From contig JAKLKB010000055.1 of NCBI GenBank assembly GCA_023150835.1, positions 1-54,619 on the forward strand: 54,619 bases of DNA. Reading direction: 5' to 3'. The notes beneath the pieces are model-generated. The model did no database searches and was not told the DNA's origin. It was given only the letters and a program-made list of their open reading frames with translations. The position numbers were made by a program, and so were the translations under genes. How positions within the stretch are numbered: the stretch's first letter is position 1; each line of letters starts with the position of its first letter. Below are positions 44,225 through 54,481 of the stretch, piece after piece. The stretch is from Myxococcota bacterium. Lineage in GTDB: Bacteria; Myxococcota_C; UBA6777.

Positions 44225-47173
44225 ATGCGTCGTCTCGTCAGAGCGGGCTGGTGTGTGGGTTGGTTTGGATGGCTGGTGATGGCTTTGGTGTTTCTGGGGG
44301 CTGATCGCGCAAACGCCCAAACCATCGGCCAATGGTATATGCACGAAGGCAGCGGAATCGCGAACTTTGCTTGTCAAAGCCAACATGGAGCCGTCTTCGC
44401 TTATCAATACGCCTCGATCCCACCGTGGCCTGATGCGGGTTGGAAGTTGGCCCCCGATCCCACGATCATCAATCTAAACCGTCGTTCGTCGCTTTGTGAT
44501 GCAGGAACGCCGTGTCGTTGTGGAGGGGACTTCACCTATTTTCGCAACGAAGTCTCGATCCCTGCCAACTACAGCCTGACCAGCTTTGTGGTCGAACTCA
44601 ACGGCATGGACGACGGCACACGCATCACCCTCTACAATTCCCGCTACCCCAACGGCGTCACACCGCCTAACGGCTATGTCTTCCTCGGGCAAAGCCTTTC
44701 CCAAGACCTCCAATCTTACGCAGCCATCGGCGAAGTCAACGTCATCCTCTTGACGCATATCGACGACTGCTGCCAAGACTCCAACCTCCGCGAAGCCTAC
44801 ATCCGACTCAATGGCCAACGCGTACCCACCTGCCAACCCACCAACGAGATCTGCGACAACCTTGACAACGATTGTGACGGACAGATCGACGAAACCTTCT
44901 TGAACAAAGGCCAACCCTGCAATGTCGGCGTGGGAGAATGCCGACGCAGCGGGACTTTTGTGTGCAACGCCGCCAAGACAGGAACCACTTGTTCCGTCCA
45001 ACCCGGAAGTCCGCAGCCCGAGATCTGCGACGGCAAAGACAACGACTGTAACGGTCTCACAGACGAAACCTTCCCCACCAAAGGAGCCGTCTGTGAAGTC
45101 GGCGTCGGGGCTTGCAAACGCACCGGACAATTGATCTGTGCCGTTGATGGTTCGGGTCTGATATGCTCTGCTCAGCCCGCATCTGCGCAGTCCGAGATCT
45201 GCGACGGCATCGACAACAACTGCAACGGCCAGATCGATGAGAATTTCCCTGATAAAGGGGCTGTATGCGAAGTCGGTGTTGGAGCTTGTAAGAGCAGCGG
45301 AACGTGGGGCTGCAAAGCCGATGGATCGGGCCTTTCTTGCTCGGCCACTCCACGCGCCCCACAATCCGAACGCTGCGATGGCATCGACAACAACTGCAAC
45401 GGTCAGATCGATGAGGACTTTGCGACACTCGGTCAAAGCTGTACCGTCGGCGTGGGTGGATGCCAAAAGACCGCGAAGTTTGTTTGTAAGGCCGATGGTT
45501 CGGGCGTGGAGTGCCCTGTGAGCGCAGATCCTCCCTCTCCCGAGATCTGCGACGGCAAAGACAACGACTGCAACGGCCAGATCGACGATGGTCTTGTGCG
45601 CGCTTGCCAAAGTGCCTGTGGTGCAGGTGTTGAAACGTGCAAGGCCGGTGCATGGGACGCTTGCAGCGCACGTACTCCCAAGCCCGAAGAGTGCAACGGT
45701 CTAGACGATGACTGCGATGGACAAGTCGATAATGCCGTCAATCGGGCTTGTTCGACAACTTGCGGCAACGGCACAGAGACCTGCCTCAATGGCCGTTGGG
45801 GCGTTTGCAGCGCTCAACAACCCAAGCCCGAAGAATGCAACGGCAAAGACGATGATTGCGATGGTTCGGTCGATAACGGACTTGCTCCTCGCGATTGCCA
45901 AGCCGCTTGTGGAAAAGGCACAGCCACTTGTCAAAACGGCCAATGGACGGGATGTTCAGGGCCTCCGCCTGAAACGGAAACCTGCAACGGCAAAGACGAC
46001 GATTGCGACGGAGTGATCGACAACGGAGTCACGCGAAGCTGTCAAAGTGCCTGTGGTCCGGGCCTTGAGACCTGCCGCAACGGTCAGTGGATGGTCTGTA
46101 GCGCTCCGCGCCCACAGCCCGAGATCTGCGATGGCCGTGACGATGATTGCGACGGTCGCATCGACAACAACGCAGCTTGCCCGACAGGACTTCAATGCAA
46201 GGAAGGCCGTTGTGTCGCGGCTTGTCGAGGCGGCGAATGTCCCCAAGGTCAAACCTGCCAAGAGGGCGTCTGTATCGGTTCGGATGCTTGCGCAAATGTC
46301 CGATGCCAAGGGGACCAGCGTTGTTTGGGCGGGCGGTGTGTGGATCTGTGTACGTTGGTGCAATGCCCTGCTGGGGATATCTGCTCGGGTGGAAAGTGTG
46401 TCCCCAACGATTGTTATATGACGGGCTGCCCGTCTGGATCGCGTTGCGTGGGCGGGCAATGCGAAGCCGATCCCTGTCGTGGTGTCCAATGCGCCGCCAA
46501 CGCATTCTGCCGCGATGGCAAGTGCATTTCTTCTTGCGCGGGTGTCACTTGCGCACGAGGCGAGATCTGCATCGACGGTCAATGCAAGCCCGATCCGCGC
46601 CAACAAGGCCCTTGTGCAGGTGTCACTTGCGCGCAAGGTGAGATCTGCATCAACGGCCAGTGCAAAGGTGATCCATGCGCCTCGGTGTCTTGCCCCAAAG
46701 GACGGGCTTGTGTGGATGGTTTGTGCGAACATGATCCATGTCTTTCGATCCAATGCCCCAAAGATCAACGCTGTGTACAAGGCCAATGTATCGAGGACAA
46801 AGCACAAAACGAACCCGGAAACCCCGATGGCAACGTGCCTGATGGCAGTTCCGAGGAGTCTCCGACAACTCCCGACACAAACACCGAAGCTACCGCCGAT
46901 ACAACTGCAACACCTGACATCCCCCAAGGTACGGAAGATCCAACGAATACAACCGAACAAGACAACACCACCGAAAAAAAGATCGGCGGTGCAGGTGCGG
47001 ATGAAACGGGAAGCGAAGGGCGTTATCAATCACCGGGATGTGCTTGTGATGCGGCTGCGCCTGTGGCTTCTTGGTGGCTGGGCTTGTGTCTGCTTGCGTT
47101 TGTGCTGTTGCGTCGCCAACGCATCCGCCTTGTTGCGATGCGGCGATCGCAAGGAGAGGAGCGAGGTTTTTGA
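44225..47173 (+). CDS. Cys-rich cell-surface protein with MopE-like ExCxGxDxxCxG repeats and MYXO-CTERM-like tail
   Basis: AAAGGAGG SD; signal peptide (ANA|Q); nine ExC(D/N)xxD(N/D)xC(N/D)G repeats; CxxxxCxxGxxCxxGxC repeats; acidic stalk; GCAC..WWLGLCLLAFVLLRRQR. Confidence 0.88.
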   Translation: MRRLVRAGWCVGWFGWLVMALVFLGADRANAQTIGQWYMHEGSGIANFACQSQHGAVFAYQYASIPPWPDAGWKLAPDPTIINLNRRSSLCDAGTPCRCGGDFTYFRNEVSIPANYSLTSFVVELNGMDDGTRITLYNSRYPNGVTPPNGYVFLGQSLSQDLQSYAAIGEVNVILLTHIDDCCQDSNLREAYIRLNGQRVPTCQPTNEICDNLDNDCDGQIDETFLNKGQPCNVGVGECRRSGTFVCNAAKTGTTCSVQPGSPQPEICDGKDNDCNGLTDETFPTKGAVCEVGVGACKRTGQLICAVDGSGLICSAQPASAQSEICDGIDNNCNGQIDENFPDKGAVCEVGVGACKSSGTWGCKADGSGLSCSATPRAPQSERCDGIDNNCNGQIDEDFATLGQSCTVGVGGCQKTAKFVCKADGSGVECPVSADPPSPEICDGKDNDCNGQIDDGLVRACQSACGAGVETCKAGAWDACSARTPKPEECNGLDDDCDGQVDNAVNRACSTTCGNGTETCLNGRWGVCSAQQPKPEECNGKDDDCDGSVDNGLAPRDCQAACGKGTATCQNGQWTGCSGPPPETETCNGKDDDCDGVIDNGVTRSCQSACGPGLETCRNGQWMVCSAPRPQPEICDGRDDDCDGRIDNNAACPTGLQCKEGRCVAACRGGECPQGQTCQEGVCIGSDACANVRCQGDQRCLGGRCVDLCTLVQCPAGDICSGGKCVPNDCYMTGCPSGSRCVGGQCEADPCRGVQCAANAFCRDGKCISSCAGVTCARGEICIDGQCKPDPRQQGPCAGVTCAQGEICINGQCKGDPCASVSCPKGRACVDGLCEHDPCLSIQCPKDQRCVQGQCIEDKAQNEPGNPDGNVPDGSSEESPTTPDTNTEATADTTATPDIPQGTEDPTNTTEQDNTTEKKIGGAGADETGSEGRYQSPGCACDAAAPVASWWLGLCLLAFVLLRRQRIRLVAMRRSQGEERGF

Positions 47174-47835
47174 TGTTGGACCTTTATTTGATTCGTCACG
47201 CAGAGAGCGAAGCCAACGTAGAGATCGAACACCGCGTGGGCGGTAGCTGCCCGACATCGCCTTTGACGGCGCGTGGCGAAAAACAAGCGCGCCGTGTTGG
47301 ACATCGCCTTGTCTCCGAAGGGATCGGCTTCGATCAGATCTACTGTTCGTCGGCGGTTCGGGCTGTGGAGACGGCTCGCTTGATCGCGCATGAGTTGGAT
47401 TATCCGTTTGAACAAGTCGGTGTGATCGAGGCATTGGGCGAGATCAAGATGGGAGCGTGGGAAGGCCAGCCCCGCGAACAAGTCTATCAACCCCATATCA
47501 TGGCGCAGATCAAAGAAGATCCATGGGGCTTCACCCCTCCGGGCGGAGAGTCACAACGCGATGTCGAAAAACGGATGCTTTCTTGGGTGGAAGAAACGCT
47601 GATCCCGGGATGGCAAGATGCGGACCGTCGTGTCTTGATTGTGGGGCATGGCTTGGCGATCCGCTGTTTGTTGCGCGGGATACTCGATTTTTCTCCCGCC
47701 CACACTTACAAGGCTGTTCTCGATAACACAGGCATCTGTCAACTCAAATATACGCCACGTGGTTGGCAATTCTTGCGCTTTAACGACAGCGCGCATCTTC
47801 TCGCCCAAGAAAAACTCAGCGTCAAGATCCGTTGA
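47173..47835 (+). CDS. Histidine phosphatase (phosphoglycerate mutase family)
   Basis: LYLIRHAES, RAVETA, GAWEG, GGES, VGHG, FND; ATG overlaps the upstream TGA. Confidence 0.92.
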   Translation: MLDLYLIRHAESEANVEIEHRVGGSCPTSPLTARGEKQARRVGHRLVSEGIGFDQIYCSSAVRAVETARLIAHELDYPFEQVGVIEALGEIKMGAWEGQPREQVYQPHIMAQIKEDPWGFTPPGGESQRDVEKRMLSWVEETLIPGWQDADRRVLIVGHGLAIRCLLRGILDFSPAHTYKAVLDNTGICQLKYTPRGWQFLRFNDSAHLLAQEKLSVKIR

Positions 47836-47876
47836 TCGAAGGCAATCCCCAACCAGCTACTTCTATGGGAAGACGG

Positions 47877-49076
47877 ATGATCCAAAACAAGCCTTTTTTG
47901 TTTTCGGCTGTGTTTGTCGTCGTGATCGGCTTTTCGTTCGCTCCACGCGGCGAGGTTTGGGCGATATCCCGCAAGCCTTTGTTGTCTTCGCGCCCTTCTT
48001 TTTTGGGGAGCCTGCGCGAGTCGATCCGTGCGATGAGGGCGGGGGATCTTGTGCGGTGGAAGCAAGCCTTGGAACGCGCAGAAGCCTACAAAGATGTTTT
48101 TGTGAACGAATCGCCAATGGACTGGTCCTCTGATCGGGAGATCTGGCTGCGTTTGGTGCGCTATCACTATCATCGCGCCAAAGTCGACTGCCCTGATCCG
48201 ACAAAGCCGCATGAGCCTTCCAAACAACAGCTTCAGCAGATGTATAAAAAGGCTGAACGCTGCCTCAAAGAATTCCAACAAGCTGTTTCCTATTTTCAAC
48301 GTTATTTTCGCGGGCTTTGCGGCCACCGTTGCCTTGCCGAAGACAAAAAACGCGATCTGTACACGCAACAAGGAGTGTTGCGGATGGAAGCCTTGCAGTT
48401 TCAGCTTTATCTGCTTCGTGATTATGAGCGATTTTTGTTCAAAACCTTGTGGTTTCGGCCCCTCTCGATCTGGCGTACAGCAGCGTGGAAAAAGAAGGTC
48501 GAGACATGGCGTTCGATGCTGACTTACGCAGGGATCTTGTCGCCGTGGGTCAAACGAAAGCAACTGCGCAAGCAAAAAGCGGAGTTATTGGCCTCGACCT
48601 TGCGGACTTTCCGACGCCGAACGCTTGGGCTGCGCAAGAGCCACGGCCCGATGATGCAGATGGCGACCATCGGCCTGTTGTTCACACTTTCAGGGGCGAC
48701 TGGGCTTTTGATGTATGTCTCGATCCTCGAACTTCAACAGGCGAATTTTCAAAGCCCCTATGCTGAGGCGGGGCTTGCGGTGATCGCGTCGGTGACGACG
48801 GCGGGGATGATCTTGGGGGTGATCGCGCTGTTTGCCTTGCCTGATCCGCAGCTATTTCGCGAGCTGCAACACGCGCACGCACGATATCTGAGTGGCAATC
48901 CCCCCTTACCTTCGAGGCTTCGGCGGGTAGGGAGCGCGTCTGCTCATCCTCCCTTACCTTCGGCGCTTCCGCGTGTGGGGCGTGCCGCCCGTGTGCGTTT
49001 GAGCCCAAAAGTCTCTGTTCAAAACGCACCGATCCTGATGAATACTCGTGCTGAGATCTTGTGGCGTGCTTGGTGA
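47877..49076 (+). CDS. Hypothetical membrane protein
   Basis: About 400-aa ORF with signal-like N-terminus, helical middle and two C-terminal TM segments. Start uncertain (47832-47877). Confidence 0.6.
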   Translation: MIQNKPFLFSAVFVVVIGFSFAPRGEVWAISRKPLLSSRPSFLGSLRESIRAMRAGDLVRWKQALERAEAYKDVFVNESPMDWSSDREIWLRLVRYHYHRAKVDCPDPTKPHEPSKQQLQQMYKKAERCLKEFQQAVSYFQRYFRGLCGHRCLAEDKKRDLYTQQGVLRMEALQFQLYLLRDYERFLFKTLWFRPLSIWRTAAWKKKVETWRSMLTYAGILSPWVKRKQLRKQKAELLASTLRTFRRRTLGLRKSHGPMMQMATIGLLFTLSGATGLLMYVSILELQQANFQSPYAEAGLAVIASVTTAGMILGVIALFALPDPQLFRELQHAHARYLSGNPPLPSRLRRVGSASAHPPLPSALPRVGRAARVRLSPKVSVQNAPILMNTRAEILWRAW

Positions 49077-49117
49077 GGAGAGGAGCGGGGCGGGGGGGCT
49101 TGTGGCGTATCGGGTGA

Positions 49118-49852
49118 TTAGAGGATCTTCTCAAGGAAGTAGGGCATCTGTTGTCGCCACCAAAACCAGTGGTGTTCGACGTCATGGCCCCAATAATCGA
49201 CGATGGCGGGGATGTTTTTTTGTTGGAGGATATCGTGCAACAGGCGGGTGTCGTGGATCATGCGTTCTTCCCATGCACCGAGACCCACGCACAAGACGAT
49301 CTTGGCGTGTCGATAAGGTTCGAGATAGTTGGGGTCGTGGAGACGGGGAAGATAGTCGATCGGGGAGTGAAAGTAGACGTTGCTGTCCATGTAATCGCCC
49401 ACCGAAAAAGCAGCGCGATACACTCCTGAAAGAGCGATGGTTCCGCTGAATAGGCGGGGATAGCGGAAGAAAAAGTTGGCTGCATGAAAAGCCCCAAGGC
49501 TGCATCCTGTGGTCAAGATCGGCTGTGGACCCCGACAATGCGCGTGAATGAAGGGCACGACTTCTTTGGCGATGTACTGATCATACAACTCATGACGCCG
49601 GGCGCGCTCGACGGGGGGAAGTCTGCGATCCAGCCAGCTTTGACGGTCTACGCTATCGACGGCGAAGACCTTGACCCGCCCTTGCTCAATAAAAGGGCGG
49701 ATCGACTCGATCATCCCGAAGTCTTCGTACTCATAATAACGCCCGCCCGAGGTGGGAAAAACCAAGACAGGTCGGCCATAATGACCATAGACGCGCATGG
49801 CCATCTTTTGATCAAGGCGGGGAGACCGCCAGAGGTGTTCTTCGGTGTACAT
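49118..49852 (-). CDS. Esterase (alpha/beta hydrolase)
   Basis: YGHYGRPVLVFPTSGG, GCSLGA nucleophile, SGVY, GAWE, WGHDVEHHWFWW. Confidence 0.9.
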   Translation of the reverse strand: MYTEEHLWRSPRLDQKMAMRVYGHYGRPVLVFPTSGGRYYEYEDFGMIESIRPFIEQGRVKVFAVDSVDRQSWLDRRLPPVERARRHELYDQYIAKEVVPFIHAHCRGPQPILTTGCSLGAFHAANFFFRYPRLFSGTIALSGVYRAAFSVGDYMDSNVYFHSPIDYLPRLHDPNYLEPYRHAKIVLCVGLGAWEERMIHDTRLLHDILQQKNIPAIVDYWGHDVEHHWFWWRQQMPYFLEKIL

Positions 49853-49877
49853 CTGTGTTGTCTGTCGTCCTTTTGCT

Positions 49878-51041
49878 TCAGGGTTCTGCGTGGACAAAGG
49901 CGATGGCTTCTTGGATCTCTTCGATGTAGGGGGTGGCGACGATGTAGGCATAATTCCCCATGCCGCGAATGAACAGCTTGTGGATCGGGCCTTCGTAGCG
50001 CATGATCATGCGGAACTTCTTCAAGATCTCATCGTGTGTGTGGCGGTATGCGATACGGTTTTTGCGGCTGATGTAAGCGCAATGGTAGGGGCGGCTGTAT
50101 GAAAAATCGGCTTTTCCCGTCAACACCAGATCCGCATAGATATCGTAGATATCGATGTCGTTGGCAAAGTTGAACATATCGAGCGTCATCCCACCGGGAG
50201 GACGGATGTTGATCTCCAACACGATCAGGGCTTGATCGCTGTGGCGTCGAAAGAACTCAAAATGGAAGAAGCGCTCGCGAACTCGGAAGGCTTTGAGCAG
50301 TTTTCGCCCCGCTTCTTCGAGATCTTTGGGGATCTCTCGATAAGAATAATAAGCGACGTGACCGTCGCTATTGACGACCTCCATGACGCCGTGTGTGTAT
50401 TGGTGACCTGTGTAAAAGATCGGCTCCCCCGAAGCGTTGGTCAGGCCATCGAAGGTGCAGATGGTCCCGTCCACAAACTCTTCGATGAAATAAGAAGAGA
50501 TCTCTTCTTCTTCAAGGAAGCGTTCTAGGTGGCTTTCGTTGTCGAGGCGGAAGGTGCCGTTGGCACCGACACCTTGGTCGGGTTTGACCACCACAGGGTA
50601 GCCCACGCGCTCAATAAAGGTGCGGCAATGGGCTTCATCGATCACGCGCTCACCTTGGACAACGTGTAGGCCGGCTTCCATAAACTTTCGCTTCATTCGC
50701 GATTTGAGCTTCATCTCAGGAAGATCGCTGCGATGGGGGCCTTCGACGTTAAAGTCGGTGCGTAGGTTGCTTTCGAGTTCGAGCCAATGTTCGTTGTGTG
50801 ACTCGATGCGGTCGATCTTGCCGTATTGGTGGGTCAAATAGCCGACACCGCGCAATACCTGATCGTAGTCTCCCATGTCGCTCACGGGATAGTACTCGGT
50901 CAGAGCGCTGCGCAGGTCGCTTGGAAGGGTGTTTTGGGCGGTATCACCGATCCCCAAGACTTGCGCGCCTCGGCGGCGTAGCGAACGGCAAAAGAGGCGA
51001 TAGTTGCTCGGAAAATGAGGGGACAAAAACAGGAAGTTCAT
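49878..51041 (-). CDS. ATP-grasp domain protein
   Basis: MNFLFLSPHFP, ESHNEHWL, KSRMK, GYPVVVKPDQGVGA, EEFVDG, FFHFEFF, LEINIRPPGG; GGAGG SD. Confidence 0.9.
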   Translation of the reverse strand: MNFLFLSPHFPSNYRLFCRSLRRRGAQVLGIGDTAQNTLPSDLRSALTEYYPVSDMGDYDQVLRGVGYLTHQYGKIDRIESHNEHWLELESNLRTDFNVEGPHRSDLPEMKLKSRMKRKFMEAGLHVVQGERVIDEAHCRTFIERVGYPVVVKPDQGVGANGTFRLDNESHLERFLEEEEISSYFIEEFVDGTICTFDGLTNASGEPIFYTGHQYTHGVMEVVNSDGHVAYYSYREIPKDLEEAGRKLLKAFRVRERFFHFEFFRRHSDQALIVLEINIRPPGGMTLDMFNFANDIDIYDIYADLVLTGKADFSYSRPYHCAYISRKNRIAYRHTHDEILKKFRMIMRYEGPIHKLFIRGMGNYAYIVATPYIEEIQEAIAFVHAEP

Positions 51042-51282
51042 CAAAAAAGCCTCCGCAAGGTTGGGTGGTCTGCGGCCTTTTTTTAACCCTGTCTCAGGCT
51101 GGTGGCAAGCCTTTTTTGTGCGCTGCAACAAGGGGGCATACGGATCGCGCAAAGGCAACATGATTTCGTTTGACTTTTTGTGCGTGATCCATACTCTCAC
51201 GCCCTGACAACGCCTTGCGCGATGGGCGTTTTGCTTGTGATTCGAGAAGAAGAGACAGAGAAGAAGCAGAGAGGGAGTCGGC

Positions 51283-52605
51283 ATGAAGCGAGTGGAAGCG
51301 TTGATCGGGATGCTCGATCTCAATAATTATTCGTTTGTTGCGTCGTTGCAGGGGCTGATCAAGCACCTTGGGTTGCAGATCGAGTGGGAAGGGGAACAAG
51401 TGGAAGTGCGCCTTGATCGGATGCACACGCGGCCTTATCGCGTCCAAGACGAAGAATGCCCGTATCGTGTGATCGTCAACCGCAACATCCACTGGAATAC
51501 TTATGCCACAAGCTACTTTGCGAGCTTTGCGCAGCGCGTTTATATGCTCAACGATGTGGCCTCGTTTTTGTCGATGAACAAAAACACCACCTATGGCCAC
51601 ATGTCGCATCTTGGGCTGAATATCCCCAAGACATGGGCGCTTCCGATCCGTTCTTACCAAGGCCTCGTCGATGTGCCGATCCAAGACTTGTTGTATATGG
51701 ATCATGACGCCTTCGATCTGCGTGAGATCGGTCGAGATGTCGGTTATCCCGCCTTTTTGAAACCCCAATCGGGCGGCGGTTGGAAAGGCGTTGTGCGCGT
51801 CAACAACGAGCGCGAACTACTCGAAGGATTCGAGGCTTCGGGCAATGTCCCGCTGAATCTTCAAGCCGCCATCGACTTCCAAGAATTCGTGCGCGTCGTC
51901 GGTATCGGGCCGCAGATGTTGGTGATGCACTTTAACCCCAACGCCAAGTATTCGCACGATCGCTACCTGCGCAACGAGCGCCAAGCCGTCGAATTCAACT
52001 TTATCTCGCCCGAACACCACCTCGAAACCAGCCGCATCACCCGCATGATCAACGGCTTCTACAAGTGGGATCACAACTCTTGTGAGATGCTGATCGACAA
52101 ACAAGGAAAAGTCCATCCCATCGACTTTGCCAACGCTTGCCCCGACAGCAGCTTGGTCTCCTTGCACTTTTATTTCCCGACCTTGGTCAAGTACATGACG
52201 CAATGGTTGATCTATTGCGCCGTCACGCGCCGCGACAAAGGCCCGGGGTACGCGATGGATTGGCAACGCTACTTCGAGATCGCCGAACGCTCCGATCTGT
52301 CGTACACACAGCGTCTCGAAGCCTACAACGCCGTCGCGCACGATTATTTCAACACCCAACACTTCGTCGATTTTTGCGCCAAACATCTTCCTGAATTTGA
52401 TCAGCAAGCCCAAGACTTCTTCTCGTCCGAAGAATTCAACACCATCCTCGAAAAAGAGATCAAATACTACTTTACCCTCCGCCACGAATGGCCGCAAAAG
52501 ATCGCCCATTATCGGGGTATTCACGAATTCTATCTGTCCTGCGAGCGCGAAAAGCTTCAACAAGGTACCGCGCCTGCCACGGTGGTTTCCGCGACTCGTG
52601 TTTGA
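51283..52605 (+). CDS. ATP-grasp domain protein (RimK/glutathione synthetase-like)
   Basis: LNIPKTWALP, GYPAFLKPQSGGGWKGV, NSCEM, IDFANACPD; GGGAG SD. Confidence 0.85.
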   Translation: MKRVEALIGMLDLNNYSFVASLQGLIKHLGLQIEWEGEQVEVRLDRMHTRPYRVQDEECPYRVIVNRNIHWNTYATSYFASFAQRVYMLNDVASFLSMNKNTTYGHMSHLGLNIPKTWALPIRSYQGLVDVPIQDLLYMDHDAFDLREIGRDVGYPAFLKPQSGGGWKGVVRVNNERELLEGFEASGNVPLNLQAAIDFQEFVRVVGIGPQMLVMHFNPNAKYSHDRYLRNERQAVEFNFISPEHHLETSRITRMINGFYKWDHNSCEMLIDKQGKVHPIDFANACPDSSLVSLHFYFPTLVKYMTQWLIYCAVTRRDKGPGYAMDWQRYFEIAERSDLSYTQRLEAYNAVAHDYFNTQHFVDFCAKHLPEFDQQAQDFFSSEEFNTILEKEIKYYFTLRHEWPQKIAHYRGIHEFYLSCEREKLQQGTAPATVVSATRV

Positions 52606-52682
52606 GCAAGGGCTTTTGAAGGTTTGAAGGGCGTGAGTTGTGGTTGTGGGCGGGGGTTTGTGGGCGTGTTGTGTTTGGGGGT

Positions 52683-54119
52683 TTAAGAGAGCGTGTTGTG
52701 CTTGTGGGTGGGGTGAGTGAGCGGGGGGTGGGGAGCGTAGGAGCCAAATAAAAAGGTCAAAGGTCGCCACAAACGGGCAGCCCACGCGCTTTCGGTATGG
52801 TGGGCGTCTGCGTCCAGAAACCAAGCCAGATCTTTGCCGTGTCGATAACCGCTGTGTTCGAGCAGTTCGACCATGCGATGACAACCCGGCATCAACTGGG
52901 TTTCTAGGCCAAGACCGCCGTTGTCGATGTAAAGGCGGATCTCTTTTTTGGGGCCTTTGTAGTGTTCGACCCAAGCGCAAACATCGACATCGAGTTCTTT
53001 TTTGTTGAGAAATACAGGGGAGAGGCATCCCGCTTTGGAAAAGATCTCGGGATGGGACCATGCAAACAAAAAGGAAGCGAGGCCCCCCATCGAAGATCCC
53101 ATCACTGCGGTATCTTCGGGGGTTGGGCGAGTGCGATAACGCGCATCGATCATGGGTTTGATGACCTCGATCACAAAGCGCATATAGGCGTGGCCTTTTG
53201 GCGTGGGTGCGTATTCCTCCAGCCGATCGGGTGTGTTTTTGAGACCGACAACGATCGGAGCATCGATCTTCCCTGATTTGTCGAGGTGTTCGATATTTTC
53301 ATCGACGGACCACTCCACTCCGATATACGAAGTGGCAGGATCGAAGAGATTTTGACCGTCGTGCATATAGAGGACAGGATAGCGGCGTGTCGGATGTTGG
53401 TCGTAAGAAGAAGGCAGCCAAACCAAGACATCGCGTGGGCGCAGGTGCGGGAAAGACATCTTGCGATAGATGTCAAGCCGCCCTTGAATCGAGGGTTTGG
53501 GGCGATAGTCGTGATCCAGCCAGCCCTCAAACGCGATCCCAAAGCTGCCGCTTTTCTTTGAGGCGACATGGACATCGAGAGGGCGTCCGTTGGCATCGAC
53601 GGCAAGCGTCTCGCTATCACCGCGATGGATCTTGAAATGCAGCTTTTCTCCTGCTTTGAGTCGAAGCGTGTTTCTCCAGATCCCATCGGGGTGTCGGTGC
53701 AGGCGCAGTCCATGTTCTGTGTTTTTGAGTTGAGGGTGATCGCCTTGCAAGTAGATCTGATCCAACTCGCTCGGAAGATAGCGCGGTCGGACTTCGATCT
53801 GTAGCGCGATCTCACGTTCTCCCATCGGCCAATCAGCGAGGGTTTGCGGCAAGGGATGTTCTTCGAGCTGTTCTCGCAAATGGACAGGGTGGTGCTTGGT
53901 GTGTTGCGGTGGGAAGGCTGTTTCGGAGGGATGTTCTGAAACCTCGAAACCATCGGTGGGTGCGATGCCTTGCACATCCGAAGCATGGGGCCTGTCTGCG
54001 CGTGCGGTGGTCTTGTCTTTGTGTATCGGCTTCGAGGGAGATCGAAAGGCTGCGTCTGTGCGTGGGGCGGTTTCGTGGGTTGGCGTTTTGGCTGGCGGAC
54101 GTTGCTTGGGGGGTTTCAT
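52683..54119 (-). CDS. Esterase (IroE/Fes-like alpha/beta hydrolase) with N-terminal CBM20-like module
   Basis: IYLQGDHPQL..DGIW..HFKIHRG module; VWLPSSY, YPVLYMHDGQNLFD, GSSMGG, HTESAW. Start uncertain. Confidence 0.85.
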   Translation of the reverse strand: MKPPKQRPPAKTPTHETAPRTDAAFRSPSKPIHKDKTTARADRPHASDVQGIAPTDGFEVSEHPSETAFPPQHTKHHPVHLREQLEEHPLPQTLADWPMGEREIALQIEVRPRYLPSELDQIYLQGDHPQLKNTEHGLRLHRHPDGIWRNTLRLKAGEKLHFKIHRGDSETLAVDANGRPLDVHVASKKSGSFGIAFEGWLDHDYRPKPSIQGRLDIYRKMSFPHLRPRDVLVWLPSSYDQHPTRRYPVLYMHDGQNLFDPATSYIGVEWSVDENIEHLDKSGKIDAPIVVGLKNTPDRLEEYAPTPKGHAYMRFVIEVIKPMIDARYRTRPTPEDTAVMGSSMGGLASFLFAWSHPEIFSKAGCLSPVFLNKKELDVDVCAWVEHYKGPKKEIRLYIDNGGLGLETQLMPGCHRMVELLEHSGYRHGKDLAWFLDADAHHTESAWAARLWRPLTFLFGSYAPHPPLTHPTHKHNTLS

Positions 54120-54481
54120 CGTCAAACTCGATACGGCAAAGGGGAGAGCAAACGAGACACCAAGAGGGCCGAAGGTGCGCTCGGGTGGACGGTTTGCCTT
54201 TTTCGGAGGTTGTGGGGACTTTGTCAAGAGGGGCGGTGTTGAGCGGAGTTTGCTGTTATCCCTAACGAAGTCAACGCGAACATCTTGGGGCTTCTGTCAT
54301 TTTTTTGTCAAAGCGTGTGGGGGGGGGGCTTTGATCTTGACAGGGGTGGGGGAGTTGGCTTCTATTGGCGGGCGTGCAGACGAGATGGCACGTTTTGGGG
54401 GAAAAACGGGTCATGGAGACCCGAAGCACCAGTCGTAGAGTTTGCTGGTATCTGAAACGAAGATGTTGTGAGGAAAAATAG

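Noticed and set aside
44225-47173. Calling the Cys-rich protein traA
   Set aside because: No adjacent OmpA/TraB gene and it carries additional MopE-like repeats, so the resemblance is architectural only.
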